A stretch of DNA of 64,000 nucleotides from a virus (IMGVR_UViG_2706795139_000001), one strand, 5' to 3'. Positions 1 to 9,965 are shown, counted from the stretch's first letter. Notes: generated by a model from the sequence alone, not told the origin. Program-made: numbers and translations.

Positions 1-150
1 ATTGCGGTCGAATGTTTCGGCGTATCATAAACAGCTTTTGAAATATCGTCGCAAACTTCCAATTTAGTAGCGCGTAAACGCTTACCGTAGAAGTTAAAAT
101 CTGCGGCCATTTTCAAAATTTGAGCTTGTTTTTCTGCGGAAATAACCATG
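1..150 (-). CDS. hypothetical protein, partial (N-terminal 50 aa; rest lies left of window)
   Basis: ATG at 150 with GGAG RBS upstream on minus strand; ORF runs off window start. Confidence 0.4.
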
Positions 151-245
151 ATAATAAAACTCCGTTAAAGGGATTAAAAACGTTTGTTATTGGCAATATT
201 GCCAGATATAACGCCGCAAATGAGTGGCGTTATAATTTGCAACAT

Positions 246-443
246 TTAACTAATCGGCATTAGGCTAGAACTAACACCACAAGCAACGGCGGCAATAAAA
301 CAAAGTAAGCCCAAACGCTTAGCTAATTTAGATTTACGTTTAAAATAATATGAATCTAAATCATTTTGAAAATAAGCGAACAATAATGAGGCCGCCATAA
401 TAAATAAGCCTAGAATTAAAGATTCAGTAGGAAAGAAAATCAT
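246..443 (-). CDS. small membrane protein (65 aa)
   Basis: ORF track; two hydrophobic segments. Confidence 0.35.
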   Translation of the reverse strand: MIFFPTESLILGLFIMAASLLFAYFQNDLDSYYFKRKSKLAKRLGLLCFIAAVACGVSSSLMPIS

Positions 444-532
444 TTTTAAAACTCCTGATTTAAGGGAAGAAAATAACTATCGCTAAACAGTTATATTATT
501 GCCCTCCCACTAGGAAGGGCAAGGTATAACTA

Positions 533-949
533 TTATTCACCTGCGGCTTGTTTTACTTCATCGGCAACGCCTAACAGTTGCGCCACGGCGTCCAGTGTTT
601 CCAATTTTGCACTTTCCAGTGATGCCAGATCGTCAACGTCTTTGATAATGCCTGAATCGATGGCATGTTTTGCAATAACACGCACATAATGCGCTTTACG
701 GATGGAACTACCACCGCCAACTTTACGCGGCTTATCGCTTTTCTGATACGCTTTCGCGCTGGTCAATTTTGAGCGAACAGACACGGGGGAGGCCGCGCCA
801 ACTGTTTTCGCAATTTCTTTCAGGCCGTCGCTGTTGGCGAACTCTAATCCGTTTTCATTAATTAGCTGTTGATACATGGTAACAGCCTGCTGGGTGTTTT
901 CTTCATTCCAAGCAAATTTTGCGGTTTTTTCGGTTTTAACGTTAGCCAT
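533..949 (-). CDS. hypothetical protein (138 aa)
   Basis: ORF track; good coding composition. Confidence 0.5.
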   Translation of the reverse strand: MANVKTEKTAKFAWNEENTQQAVTMYQQLINENGLEFANSDGLKEIAKTVGAASPVSVRSKLTSAKAYQKSDKPRKVGGGSSIRKAHYVRVIAKHAIDSGIIKDVDDLASLESAKLETLDAVAQLLGVADEVKQAAGE

Positions 950-1050
950 GATTGTAACTCCTATCGATTTAATTTAAGGGATAAGATTAACATAATGTTA
1001 ATCGTTATATACCCCGAACTACTGGGGTATATAAAAGTAACACTATAAAC

Positions 1051-1302
1051 TTATGCTACAGCTTCCCATTTTTCATTGCGCTGGGCAACCTTTACAACGT
1101 CGCCGGATTTAACCCGAACGTTATAAACGGTTTTCCCGTTGTTACTCCGTTCCGTTTCAGCGTATACCGCATCAATTACATCAAACGGCATAAGCGCCGC
1201 GCCTTTAATGCGCTCGGCCTTTCCGGTTAATTCGTCCGTTTTAGTAACGAAAGGAATAAAAACGGATTGACCAATTTTTGGCGCATTAGTAACGTTTTTC
1301 AT
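1051..1302 (-). CDS. hypothetical protein (83 aa)
   Basis: ORF track. Confidence 0.45.
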   Translation of the reverse strand: MKNVTNAPKIGQSVFIPFVTKTDELTGKAERIKGAALMPFDVIDAVYAETERSNNGKTVYNVRVKSGDVVKVAQRNEKWEAVA

Positions 1303-1530
1303 GGTATAAACTCCAATTTATTCAGTGGATTGTTCCGCATTACCTGCTAGAAAGTAACAGGTAATAAGAAAAAATCCGCTCGCCAATATAATCAATTTAA
1401 AGAACTCCACTCAGGCCGCTATATCCCAGTTAGGGGGCGGGACACATTATGGTAAGTGCCGACCGTCAAATTTTATCAAGTTATCGCTCTTATCGAACTG
1501 GGTACATCTTAAAGCCTATCGGCTAGGGTG

Positions 1531-1734
1531 TCAAACAGTTTTTTGCAGTTTTTTATGATTTTCTTTCAGGTCAATCATAATATTGCGCCAGATCATTTCT
1601 AAACCTTGCTGGCGGCCTTTCTTGTACTGCGCAAATCGGTATTTTACGGATTGCTGGGCTATTGTCAACAATTTTTTTGTTTCGCTATCTAGTGCCTTGC
1701 TAGGCTTGCCAGTTATTAAAAGCGTTTGTTTCAT
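1531..1734 (-). CDS. hypothetical basic protein (67 aa)
   Basis: ORF track. Confidence 0.35.
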   Translation of the reverse strand: MKQTLLITGKPSKALDSETKKLLTIAQQSVKYRFAQYKKGRQQGLEMIWRNIMIDLKENHKKLQKTV

Positions 1735-1911
1735 ATCGTCGATTCCTTATAATATATAAGTTTACCGCCGATAGGCTTTAAGATATACCCAATTTTTAAA
1801 GAGCGTGGCGGTAAACTTCCCGCCGTGTAGTTCGTCATTGCCGCCCTACGAGATAAATAATAGCAAATACCAAAAATGGCGCAACCTTATTTTTGTAAAG
1901 AAACGTAAGTT

Positions 1912-2253
1912 TTACGCCTTTCTATAGTCCCCCTTATTTTGGTTGTTTTCGGCTTGAGTTACTAACCGTAAGTTATCAATAAAATTATTACTAGGGTTAC
2001 GATCAATATGATCAATTACTAGTTTGCTATCTATTTTATAGTTAAATAATAACCACACAATACGATGCGCTAGGTAACGCTCTTTATTGAGCTGTACAGA
2101 CCAATAGCCATCCTTTCTTTTAGTGCCTGCTACCCCATGAAAGGCGCAACCGGGGCGGGATACTTTCCACCGTAGGCAACTGGGACTAGTTTCATCATAG
2201 TAAAGATTATCTAGCACGGTTTCTAAATCAATATCTTTTGTTAACTCAATCAT
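1912..2253 (-). CDS. HNH homing endonuclease (113 aa)
   Basis: motif HIDRNPSNNFIDNLRLVTQAENNQNK (HNH/H-N-H with AP2-like tail). Confidence 0.7.
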   Translation of the reverse strand: MIELTKDIDLETVLDNLYYDETSPSCLRWKVSRPGCAFHGVAGTKRKDGYWSVQLNKERYLAHRIVWLLFNYKIDSKLVIDHIDRNPSNNFIDNLRLVTQAENNQNKGDYRKA

Positions 2254-2817
2254 TAATATTCTCCTATTAGTTTCATTTGGTTATTATATTATACCAAAAT
2301 TATTAGCAATGTGGCTAATACAGTTTCACCGGACGCCGTCCAGCTATTGCCTAAGTTTAAAGGAAACGGGCGCGCGAATACCATAAAACCAAGCAGATAG
2401 GCAAGTAATTTTTTCATTTATATTTGCTTTGCCCTACTTGATTTTTCTAGAATCCATCAGGTGACGATAAACGGGATATCCCTTTATGATGGGATGCCTG
2501 AAAATTTTACCGCGTTAGAAAGCGTTTTAGGCGGCTTATTTTCGATTTAACAAATATTTAACAAAAGCAAAATTGAAAAATAGTTGGAAAAGGTATTGAC
2601 TTTTTAAAATCAAGACTAAACGAGTTATTTTATAAAATTAATTAATTGACTTTCGTTTACTGTTGTGTATTAGAAAGATAGCAGACTAATAATTGCTAGA
2701 ATGATAATCTTGCTGGTGGATTGTAATAGCCTGAACTATTAGCAGACTACTAATCCCGTAAAATCTCATTAGCCAACTAACTATTTCATATTATATAATA
2801 TACATATAAATTAATGA

Positions 2818-2900
2818 GAAATAATAACTATAAGAAATCGTAACCGATAGAAATAATAACTATAAAAATAATCACTACTATAATAATAACGATAAGAAAC
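2818..2900. repeat. three direct repeats of GAAATAATAACTATAAGAAAT-like 21-mer
   Basis: copies at 2818, 2850, 2878 seen directly. Confidence 0.6.
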
Positions 2901-2908
2901 TATCGGCC

Positions 2909-3047
2909 TAAGTGAGAACCACTATCATTTAAGTTATCCACAGGTTTATTAACAGCACTTTTTGACTTGACACGATAGGCGGACTTTACAACGTTTATCC
3001 ACAGACTTATCCACATGTTATCCTACTGTATAAATATACAGGGTAAA
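2909..3047. repeat. left arm of ~140-bp inverted repeat carrying DnaA boxes (TTATCCACA at 2934, 2995, 3007) and internal palindrome CTGTATAAATATACAG
   Basis: reverse complement aligns with 6376-6515 at roughly 85% identity. Confidence 0.75.
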
Positions 3048-3246
3048 AAGGTAGTGTTAACGACTGCAATTAATTTTAAGCGGCCTAAAACGCTTTCTAA
3101 CGAGCTAAACGCTGCGGGGTAATATTAAAGTAAAGCCTTCACCCGTCGCCCTGGTGGCTTCGCCGTGTTTTGCTCTTTACTATACCGCTGCGCAGTTAGC
3201 ATAAAACTAGGCGCTAGGCAAGGAAAATAAAAAGGTAAAATAAACG

Positions 3247-3276
3247 TTGCCCCTAGAAAGAAAATACCTTTATCAT
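3247..3276 (+). promoter_or_regulatory. candidate sigma70 promoter (TTGCCC-18-TATCAT) for cassette
   Basis: sequence pattern only. Confidence 0.3.
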
Positions 3277-3307
3277 TCTCCTACCGATTAACGAGGGAGG
3301 CCAACAA

Positions 3308-4294
3308 ATGAGGCTATATAAACCAGATAACGCAACCGTCTTAAAAGGTGCATTGCGCAACCTGCTGGACGGTAGCAGAACAACCAGCATTAAACACTTT
3401 GTTAACAAGGCCGAAGATATTCACCAAAATTTTTTTGATGATTTCGATGCCTATGATATGAGTAGTTTTTTGCAACTGTATAAGCAAGGGGCAACGATTA
3501 TCTTGTATAATCGGGATAATCACCTGCTTACTAGCAGGGGGCCGGATACTGATTTTATAATCGTAAAAGGTAGCACAGTAAAAGCCTATGATACTGGGGC
3601 GGGCTTAGAAGTTTTTTCAATAGAAAATTATGAAGCCAACCCCAATGATCTTTATGATATTGAGAATTTTCTTGATTCATTTTGGCGTTATTTATCCGTT
3701 GGCTGGAATCGGTCAATTGGTGACGGGTATCGTCTGGCGGCTGTAATGGCTTTTGATGATAACGGTAATTTTTTGCTACCGCCGGAATTATATGATCGTG
3801 TATATGAAGGCGATATTGTTGACGCCGGATTCTCTTTCGAAAGAGAAGAAAGTATTGGCAATATAGAAAAACATGCTGTAAATTCTAACACTCAAAGCGT
3901 TAACACTCAAATCACTGAAAACAAAGGAAAAAATACTATGACCAAGATCGCTAATATCGTTGCCGCTAATAAATCCGCTGTTGTAAATGCTGCAAAACTG
4001 GAAGCGGGTAAAATTGCATTGACTCAAATCACGAAAGTAGCGGCTAAAAAAGCGCCGTTTATGATTAAAGGTTATATTGATACGCCTATTGGTCGAGTAG
4101 TTATTGCTAACCTGCTGAGCGTAGCGGTTGACCAGTATGCCCCTAGCAACCAAAAGGCGAAAGCGGTAGCAGGTGCAGCTATGGAAGCGGCTATGTTAGA
4201 AATGGTGCAAAGTTTTAACATCGCTGAAATGATTGATGAAATGGTGAAAGGTATTGATATTTCTACTTTTACCACTAGCACCGAAAGCGAGTAA
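3308..4294 (+). CDS. hypothetical protein (328 aa), first gene of IR-flanked cassette
   Basis: ORF track; RBS GAGGGAGG upstream; no recognisable motif. Confidence 0.6.
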   Translation: MRLYKPDNATVLKGALRNLLDGSRTTSIKHFVNKAEDIHQNFFDDFDAYDMSSFLQLYKQGATIILYNRDNHLLTSRGPDTDFIIVKGSTVKAYDTGAGLEVFSIENYEANPNDLYDIENFLDSFWRYLSVGWNRSIGDGYRLAAVMAFDDNGNFLLPPELYDRVYEGDIVDAGFSFEREESIGNIEKHAVNSNTQSVNTQITENKGKNTMTKIANIVAANKSAVVNAAKLEAGKIALTQITKVAAKKAPFMIKGYIDTPIGRVVIANLLSVAVDQYAPSNQKAKAVAGAAMEAAMLEMVQSFNIAEMIDEMVKGIDISTFTTSTESE

Positions 4295-4302
4295 TAATAT
4301 TA

Positions 4303-4327
4303 AGCGGGGATTGTTACCCCGCTTTAC
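4303..4327 (+). terminator. hairpin AGCGGGGATTGTTACCCCGCT after 3308-4294
   Basis: stem-loop seen; weak T-run. Confidence 0.4.
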
Positions 4328-4359
4328 TATTCCCTTGTTAACTAATAGGAGGCTAATAA

Positions 4360-4854
4360 ATGGCTGCGGAAAAATATGGCTTCTCACTGGGAGAAGTGAG
4401 CACGGCAAAACATGATATGATCATTTTGGTCGATTGTCATACTGGCTATTGCGGAGAAGGTTGGACGGCGGAACATTTTGTTCCTGCTGGTTGTGATCTG
4501 GACGCTTTCGCTCATGAAATGGCTATTGATAATGCTTCTCGTTTTGGTAGCGATGGTTACGAAGACGAAGAAACTGGCGAATGGTATGAAAATGAAAACG
4601 TATATGCAAGCCTTTATCATTATCAGTTAAGTAAATCCGGCACATATGTAAACGGCGGCGATCCTATTAATTCCGTCATGAAATTAATTATTAAATATGG
4701 TGGCGTCGAGATAGTTGGTAACAAAGCGGTAATATACGCAAATCGATTAAAACAGCTTGTTTATATTCCTGATAATTCCCGTTGGGATGAATATGCCGTT
4801 TTACAGAAAGAACTAAAACGCTGTTTCGGCGTGGAAACATTAGAAATAGTCTAA
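4360..4854 (+). CDS. hypothetical protein (164 aa)
   Basis: ORF track; AGGAGG RBS. Confidence 0.6.
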   Translation: MAAEKYGFSLGEVSTAKHDMIILVDCHTGYCGEGWTAEHFVPAGCDLDAFAHEMAIDNASRFGSDGYEDEETGEWYENENVYASLYHYQLSKSGTYVNGGDPINSVMKLIIKYGGVEIVGNKAVIYANRLKQLVYIPDNSRWDEYAVLQKELKRCFGVETLEIV

Positions 4855-4869
4855 TGTAAAGTTTTGTAA

Positions 4870-4897
4870 AGGTCGCCTATTATGGCGGCCTTTTTTG
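4870..4897 (+). terminator. rho-independent terminator (GGTCGCC..GGCGGCC + TTTTTTG)
   Basis: hairpin plus T-run. Confidence 0.6.
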
Positions 4898-4961
4898 TTA
4901 TAATGCCTTTACACCGAAACGGTGGACTGAAAATTTTCCCTGATTTCTAGGAGGCGTTAAA

Positions 4962-5111
4962 ATGGTTATTTTTCGATCTATTCTGGCTAGTATCTTGGGC
5001 GCTATTTTATCACTGTTTGCAATAGCTTTCGGAGTTCACGTGGTTATTATTGGAGCAGGTATCGCGGGGTTTTCTTACTTGTTAGGCTGTATGACTGGTA
5101 AAGGGGAATAA
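4962..5111 (+). CDS. small hydrophobic protein (49 aa, 2 predicted TM), below ORF-track cutoff
   Basis: ATG with TAGGAGGCG RBS; translated by hand MVIFRSILASILGAILSLFAIAFGVHVVIIGAGIAGFSYLLGCMTGKGE. Confidence 0.4.
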   Translation: MVIFRSILASILGAILSLFAIAFGVHVVIIGAGIAGFSYLLGCMTGKGE

Positions 5112-5113
5112 AA

Positions 5114-5326
5114 ATGTTAAAGAATGTTTCCCTTGCCCGTTCCAAAGGTTTTAAGCTGGTGGATGTTAACACGTTCGAGCGTCCAGATTGTAAAATCGAA
5201 TATGTAGCACGCAACAAAAACGCTTTCCGTGTTACAGAAAAGAAATTTGACAAGCGCGGCAATTTGGTAGCCGAAACGGTTAAACACTTTGCCACCTTTT
5301 ACGCTGCGTTTCGTGGGGTGTTATAA
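5114..5326 (+). CDS. hypothetical protein (70 aa)
   Basis: ORF track. Confidence 0.45.
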   Translation: MLKNVSLARSKGFKLVDVNTFERPDCKIEYVARNKNAFRVTEKKFDKRGNLVAETVKHFATFYAAFRGVL

Positions 5327-5520
5327 TATGGTTACTTGTCATTTTAAAATCCGTATTAATGGGACTCCGCTTGCTGGTTGTTTTAAAGGCGAAGCTATGG
5401 GACTAGATTCTGCTTTACAAGAATTTAACAAGCGTTTACGCCATGCGGATTTTGGGGGGCTATCGAATTAGTAGCATATGGTAACGGCGTGAAAATGATT
5501 TTGAAAAGGGAGTCTAAATA

Positions 5521-5865
5521 ATGGTAATTTATGAGGGCAATCGTTTTGTTACTAATTGCCGTCCGGCATTATTAGCAAACTATTTAAACCAGCTTTCACC
5601 AGTTTATAAAGGCGTGGTTAATATCTATGAAGGCAAAGCACATTATAAAATTTCTGCCGTTGTCACCCGTGAACTAGCGTTTCAATTTTTAACTTTTGGG
5701 TCTTGTGACGTTCAGGTTATGGGGGAAGCGTTAATAGCAGAAAATGAAAATGAATTTACTGACATTTTCCGCAAAGTATGTACGGAGCGCCTGATTATGA
5801 AAGGCGCATATATTCAATCCACTGCTGAAAGTATTGAAACAGCATTTCGAAAAATTGCACAATGA
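5521..5865 (+). CDS. hypothetical protein (114 aa)
   Basis: ORF track; RBS AAGGGAG. Confidence 0.5.
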   Translation: MVIYEGNRFVTNCRPALLANYLNQLSPVYKGVVNIYEGKAHYKISAVVTRELAFQFLTFGSCDVQVMGEALIAENENEFTDIFRKVCTERLIMKGAYIQSTAESIETAFRKIAQ

Positions 5866-5908
5866 ATAGCTGGTGGCGAAAAACACAAAGCCATAAATCT
5901 AATAATAC

Positions 5909-5940
5909 CGCTGGGAAGCATTCCCAGCGTTTACGATTTG
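5909..5940 (+). terminator. hairpin CGCTGGGAAGCATTCCCAGCG + TTTACGATTT
   Basis: perfect palindromic stem. Confidence 0.5.
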
Positions 5941-5992
5941 GTAATGGCTTCACAATGATATTGATAATCATTCTCATTCTAGGAGCAATGGC

Positions 5993-6232
5993 ATGGCTGT
6001 AAGAATTTTACGATATGTAGAACGTAAAGAAACCGATATTATGCAACATCATTTAACTGATGGGCAATACGCGCAATTTTTAGAAATGCAGAAAAGCGGA
6101 GCTGATACAGCAACGCTAGGAGCGTGGATCAACTCAGTTTCAACGTGTACGCATTTTGATTCATACGGGTATACGCCAGCCGAAACCGTCCAGATCTTTG
6201 ACGACTACGAGAAAGAATACATAACAGACTAA
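5993..6232 (+). CDS. hypothetical protein (79 aa)
   Basis: ORF track; RBS TAGGAGCA. Confidence 0.45.
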   Translation: MAVRILRYVERKETDIMQHHLTDGQYAQFLEMQKSGADTATLGAWINSVSTCTHFDSYGYTPAETVQIFDDYEKEYITD

Positions 6233-6239
6233 TAATAAC

Positions 6240-6266
6240 GGGGCGCAACTATCGGCCCCGCTTTTT
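6240..6266 (+). terminator. rho-independent terminator (GGGGCGCAACTATCGGCCCC + GCTTTTT)
   Basis: GC stem plus T-run. Confidence 0.65.
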
Positions 6267-6375
6267 CTGGCCTTCCTCAAATTTCCCCTTATTAAAGTAC
6301 CTCCTCCAAAATTAAAACGCTTAGAATGCGTTTGAGAGCGTTTTAGACCTATATTAGAGTTATTCACTACGTAGG

Positions 6376-6515
6376 AATACTGTATAAATATACAGTAGGA
6401 TAACCTGTGGATAAGTCTGTTGAAAACGCCTCAAAATCGCTAGGGTTTTGTCAAGTCAAATCGTGCTGTTAATAAACCTGTGGATAACTTAAATAACAGT
6501 GTTTCTCACTTCCCT
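6376..6515. repeat. right arm of inverted repeat (DnaA boxes as TGTGGATAA at 6406, 6479)
   Basis: reverse complement of 2909-3047. Confidence 0.75.
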
Positions 6516-6690
6516 TTCTAAATGCGAATCATTCTCAGTATGTGACTCATTCGTATTCAACTCTGTAAATGATAACCGTTCTCATTCCCCTTTCTAAACG
6601 CGAATCATTATCATTCGCATTCAACTTCTCAAATGCGAATCAATCTCATTATCATTCGCATTCAGGCGAGCAGGGCAATTGCCCTGCGCT
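6505..6690. repeat. three direct repeats of CTTTCTAAAYGCGAATCA with GCGAAT..ATTCGC hairpins, then perfect palindrome GCAGGGCAATTGCCCTGC (6672-6689)
   Basis: seen directly. Confidence 0.6.
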
Positions 6691-6692
6691 TT

Positions 6693-7943
6693 TGTGCAAA
6701 TCCGACATTTGCCCCCATGGATTACGCGTGGGCGTGTATGTGCAAATCCGACCCATTTTTGGTAGTGTGCAAATCCGACCCTAAAATTTCATCCCTCCAT
6801 TTTACTAGAAATTCTAGATCATATGAACACTTAGACTGAGTACCATTACTAGTAGGAACATAAGCCCGGTAATAATCACCCTTTGAGGTAGTTCTAGCAA
6901 CACGAATATATTTTGGAAGATTGGTTGTTTTACTGTTGGTATTTTTGCGATTTCTAGCATTTTTATAGTCTGGTATTTGTCTTAGATTCTCAGGAGAGTT
7001 ATTAGTGGGATCCTGATCTATATGATCTACCTGCAACTCGGGATCAATACTGCCGTTATGCAGGCAGAAAACAATCCGAGAAACTGCTAGGGTTCCCACC
7101 CCAGATACAAAGACCACATAAGACTTCCTACCTTTTCCGTCGTCCCTTAAAGTGCCTGTATGTTTTCTTTTAGGTAATCTACTCAGCCCACTGGGACTTG
7201 ATGGGTCAATAAAAAATAAGTCTTTCATTTGTGCATATTCGATAGGTATATATCTTGACATAATAAAATTCCTCCTATGAAGTAATATTATAACAAAATT
7301 TTCGAAAGTGTGCAAGTGAAATTTTTATATTTGAAAATAACCGCCCTCCCTATAACCGCCCTATTCGAATCCTGTGGGATATGTGCAAATCCGACACGGT
7401 TTTTCTAGGATTAAGATGTGCGAATCCAATGAAATTTTTGTGACTTCGATGAGAGGGTGTGTGATTGTGTGAGTTTGGGGAGAAGTTGAGAGAGCGAGAG
7501 AAATTTAGAGGCTAGAAGGATGTGGGCGCAGGATTGGTGCGGAGCACCTGATTTGCGGGGATTTTGGGGAAGAGTTGAGATAATTTGGGAAGATTTGAGA
7601 TAGGTGCAGAAAAAGTAAAATTTTATTAGCAAAATGGGGCAAAATAGCTTGACAAGTGGAAATTCTTGTGGATCTAAAAACTCAGGCAATCATGGGCCTT
7701 CGGCCCGAAATAATGCTGCTATTTTCGGGAGATTATATGTTCCTAAAAACTTAGGCATTTGTGCAAATCCGACCAGTTTTTAAACTCCTGTCAGTGTGCA
7801 AATCCGACAGTAATTTCTGGAAATGTGTTTTGGAAAAATGTCTTCTAGAAATAACTGCCCTCCCTATAACCGCCCTGTATAGAAAACCGGCCTAAGATAT
7901 GTGACGTTGGTGAGAAACTGCCCTAGAATGCGTGCAAATCCGA
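6693..7943. repeat. dispersed array of 14-mer TGTGCAAATCCGAC (perfect at 6693, 6739, 6766, 7382, 7760, 7795; degenerate at 7418, 7932)
   Basis: exact-copy repeats counted by eye. Confidence 0.8.
6722..7315 (-). CDS. HNH homing endonuclease (197 aa) embedded in the repeat array
   Basis: motif VDHIDQDPTNNSPENLRQIP. Confidence 0.65.
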   Translation of the reverse strand: MHTFENFVIILLHRRNFIMSRYIPIEYAQMKDLFFIDPSSPSGLSRLPKRKHTGTLRDDGKGRKSYVVFVSGVGTLAVSRIVFCLHNGSIDPELQVDHIDQDPTNNSPENLRQIPDYKNARNRKNTNSKTTNLPKYIRVARTTSKGDYYRAYVPTSNGTQSKCSYDLEFLVKWRDEILGSDLHTTKNGSDLHIHAHA

Positions 7944-8295
7944 TGAATATTTTTGTGTGATCTCTAGAATTTGTGCTTATCAATTTCCTAGAAACTTAGG
8001 AGTCTAGAAGAAAGTGTTGTGCCATCCTAGCAGATGAGCGGCAACCGGTGTATCATCTTGAACGTTAATTTATCTATTCAACAGTATTAGTTTTTATATA
8101 AGTATAAGATCCCCAGGGTTCTCATATAGAGCTTTGCCCCCACCAGAAGGTCTCGTGATGTTTCTAGTAATCTTTATTAAATTACCTGTTGACTTGTCCT
8201 GTCGCTCCGTAACCTACGCTACAAGTCAGTAATTTAAGATTCCTGAACCACCACACCTTCTGTGTGGCAACTCTAAATGGTTAATTCTATTAACT

Positions 8296-8324
8296 CATAG
8301 AGTTATGATAACATACATTTAGCT
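8296..8324 (-). promoter_or_regulatory. candidate promoter TTGACA-17-TATCAT reading leftward into ORF-free 8040-8290
   Basis: minus-strand sequence ttgacagatagctaaatgtatgttatcat. Confidence 0.35.
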
Positions 8325-8389
8325 ATCTGTCAACGAGAGTTTGTATTTGAGTCTCGGTACAGGTATTGTGCACCGAGACATGCAGAGTA

Positions 8390-9274
8390 CTATAATAATT
8401 CTTGGTATGCTTTCTGATACGCCTCAGTGTCAGTAGGTGTATCTTTTGCTAACGCAATTAGTTCATCCGTTATCTGAATATTCGTATTATAACGTTGGTG
8501 GAACTCGTCTGGAATTTCTAGATATCTATTTATGAATGCTGCAGCAAGCGGTGTAACTAACCCAATTTCTAGAGATAACTTAACTTGTTTCTCATAAATT
8601 AAATATTGAGAATCAGACGGTATTGGTGGGGTTACATCAATTTTTTCTGGTTCTTTTTCTGGTAGCAATGGATTGTTATACAATGCTTCATCTGGAAGCA
8701 CAGATTTACGCTCTTTAAATATATAAGTTTCTAGATCAGATGCTTTAGACCCTGAATACACAGCAAAAACGCTAGCTTTACCTTGAGATGCCCTAACTGG
8801 TAAGTAACTAGTAGGGTAGCTCCTTAATGCATCGTGGAATGGACTTCCTGAGTATTTGTATGTATCCCCATAGAGATCATCAATATTCATTCGTTCATCT
8901 TCAAAGATATGGAAAGAGCTAAATGATGGGATAGTAAAGTATTCCATCTGTAATCCATAAACTAAGAAACGATGTGCGTATGCACTGATTTTTAAGACTG
9001 TAAATGCTTTCTCACCTTCTTTATAGGAATTGCCTTTTGAAGTAACTTGGTAACGTTTACAAAACATCTCTACTAGACGTTTCTCATTAATACCAAGAGT
9101 GGAGTACAGTCGTCCATTTAATCCTATAAGTGCATCGAACATAAATGCTAGTTTATCTTTTTCTTCTTGGGATAGTTCTGGAAATGGCAATACTTTGGCA
9201 TTAGGAACACTATTGTTCTCTTTAGGTTTTGTTTTACCAGCATTTTGTCTTAGTTTATCTTTAAAGTTATACAT
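8390..9274 (-). CDS. hypothetical protein (294 aa)
   Basis: ORF track; hairpin just downstream at about 8350-8385. Confidence 0.55.
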   Translation of the reverse strand: MYNFKDKLRQNAGKTKPKENNSVPNAKVLPFPELSQEEKDKLAFMFDALIGLNGRLYSTLGINEKRLVEMFCKRYQVTSKGNSYKEGEKAFTVLKISAYAHRFLVYGLQMEYFTIPSFSSFHIFEDERMNIDDLYGDTYKYSGSPFHDALRSYPTSYLPVRASQGKASVFAVYSGSKASDLETYIFKERKSVLPDEALYNNPLLPEKEPEKIDVTPPIPSDSQYLIYEKQVKLSLEIGLVTPLAAAFINRYLEIPDEFHQRYNTNIQITDELIALAKDTPTDTEAYQKAYQELL

Positions 9275-9353
9275 TATTATCTCCCGTTTTTAAGGTCTGG
9301 ATGACCTTCTTTTTATTTTAGAGCCTCCGTAGAGGCTCATATATTAGGAATTA

Positions 9354-9965
9354 TTAATCCTTTTTACTCTCATTAATAACAGCCCCCAATGCTTCCATAA
9401 TTGCATCTTCTAGACTTCCATGTTTATCAGGATTACTAAAATGAATAGTATAAACAGAATTCCTAGAAACTCCAGCATCCGCAGGTGCTACGCTTCGCAT
9501 ATCAGATTCAAAAGCTTCTTGGGTATGTTGCAGCTGTACAGAAGGGCCGTAATCTTCACCAAACTTATATGACTTCGTACTACTTACCACACCCCCACAA
9601 GGAACATTGTGCATATCCGATATTAATCTTTTATCGGAGTTATTCAGCATTGAGATTGTCCCTGACTGCCACGGATCTCTAATAGTCACTGGAGTACTGG
9701 GGCGGTTCACCTCAGTCTTCACAAGTTTGTACCCTGCATCGATTAGTGCATTAATCAGGTTATCCGCCGGGATGCGAGCCGTACCAAAAATCTTACGAGC
9801 ATCTTCGAGCTTACCTTCAAGATCTTTACATGCTCTAAGGTCAGTGTGTGCAAATGTTAGCTTCATAGATTTGAATTGTACAGTAGCAGTTAAATCTTTA
9901 AAGCTATAATCCCATGTGTTCAGTTCATGGTCTGGTACTACTTGAATAGGTTGTTGTGTAAACAT
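9354..9965 (-). CDS. hypothetical protein (203 aa)
   Basis: ORF track. Confidence 0.55.
   Translation of the reverse strand: MFTQQPIQVVPDHELNTWDYSFKDLTATVQFKSMKLTFAHTDLRACKDLEGKLEDARKIFGTARIPADNLINALIDAGYKLVKTEVNRPSTPVTIRDPWQSGTISMLNNSDKRLISDMHNVPCGGVVSSTKSYKFGEDYGPSVQLQHTQEAFESDMRSVAPADAGVSRNSVYTIHFSNPDKHGSLEDAIMEALGAVINESKKD

Noticed and set aside
2931-3047. IR arms as terminal inverted repeats of an IS or MITE
   Set aside because: No transposase within or nearby and no obvious target-site duplication; more consistent with a regulatory or origin-like DnaA-box module, though mobility cannot be excluded.
3341-4620. Minus-strand ORFs (60-121 aa) inside the cassette genes
   Set aside because: Antisense to larger plus-strand ORFs with RBSs; low-complexity translations.
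7411-7689. ORF-track CDS (92 aa, minus)
   Set aside because: Lies entirely in the GA-rich GAGTTGAGA repeat tract with low-complexity translation and no RBS; likely spurious.
6693-7943. Possible CRISPR array (repeated 14-mer)
   Set aside because: Repeat is only 14 bp, spacing is irregular (30 to more than 600 bp), an HNH gene sits inside, and there are no cas genes.
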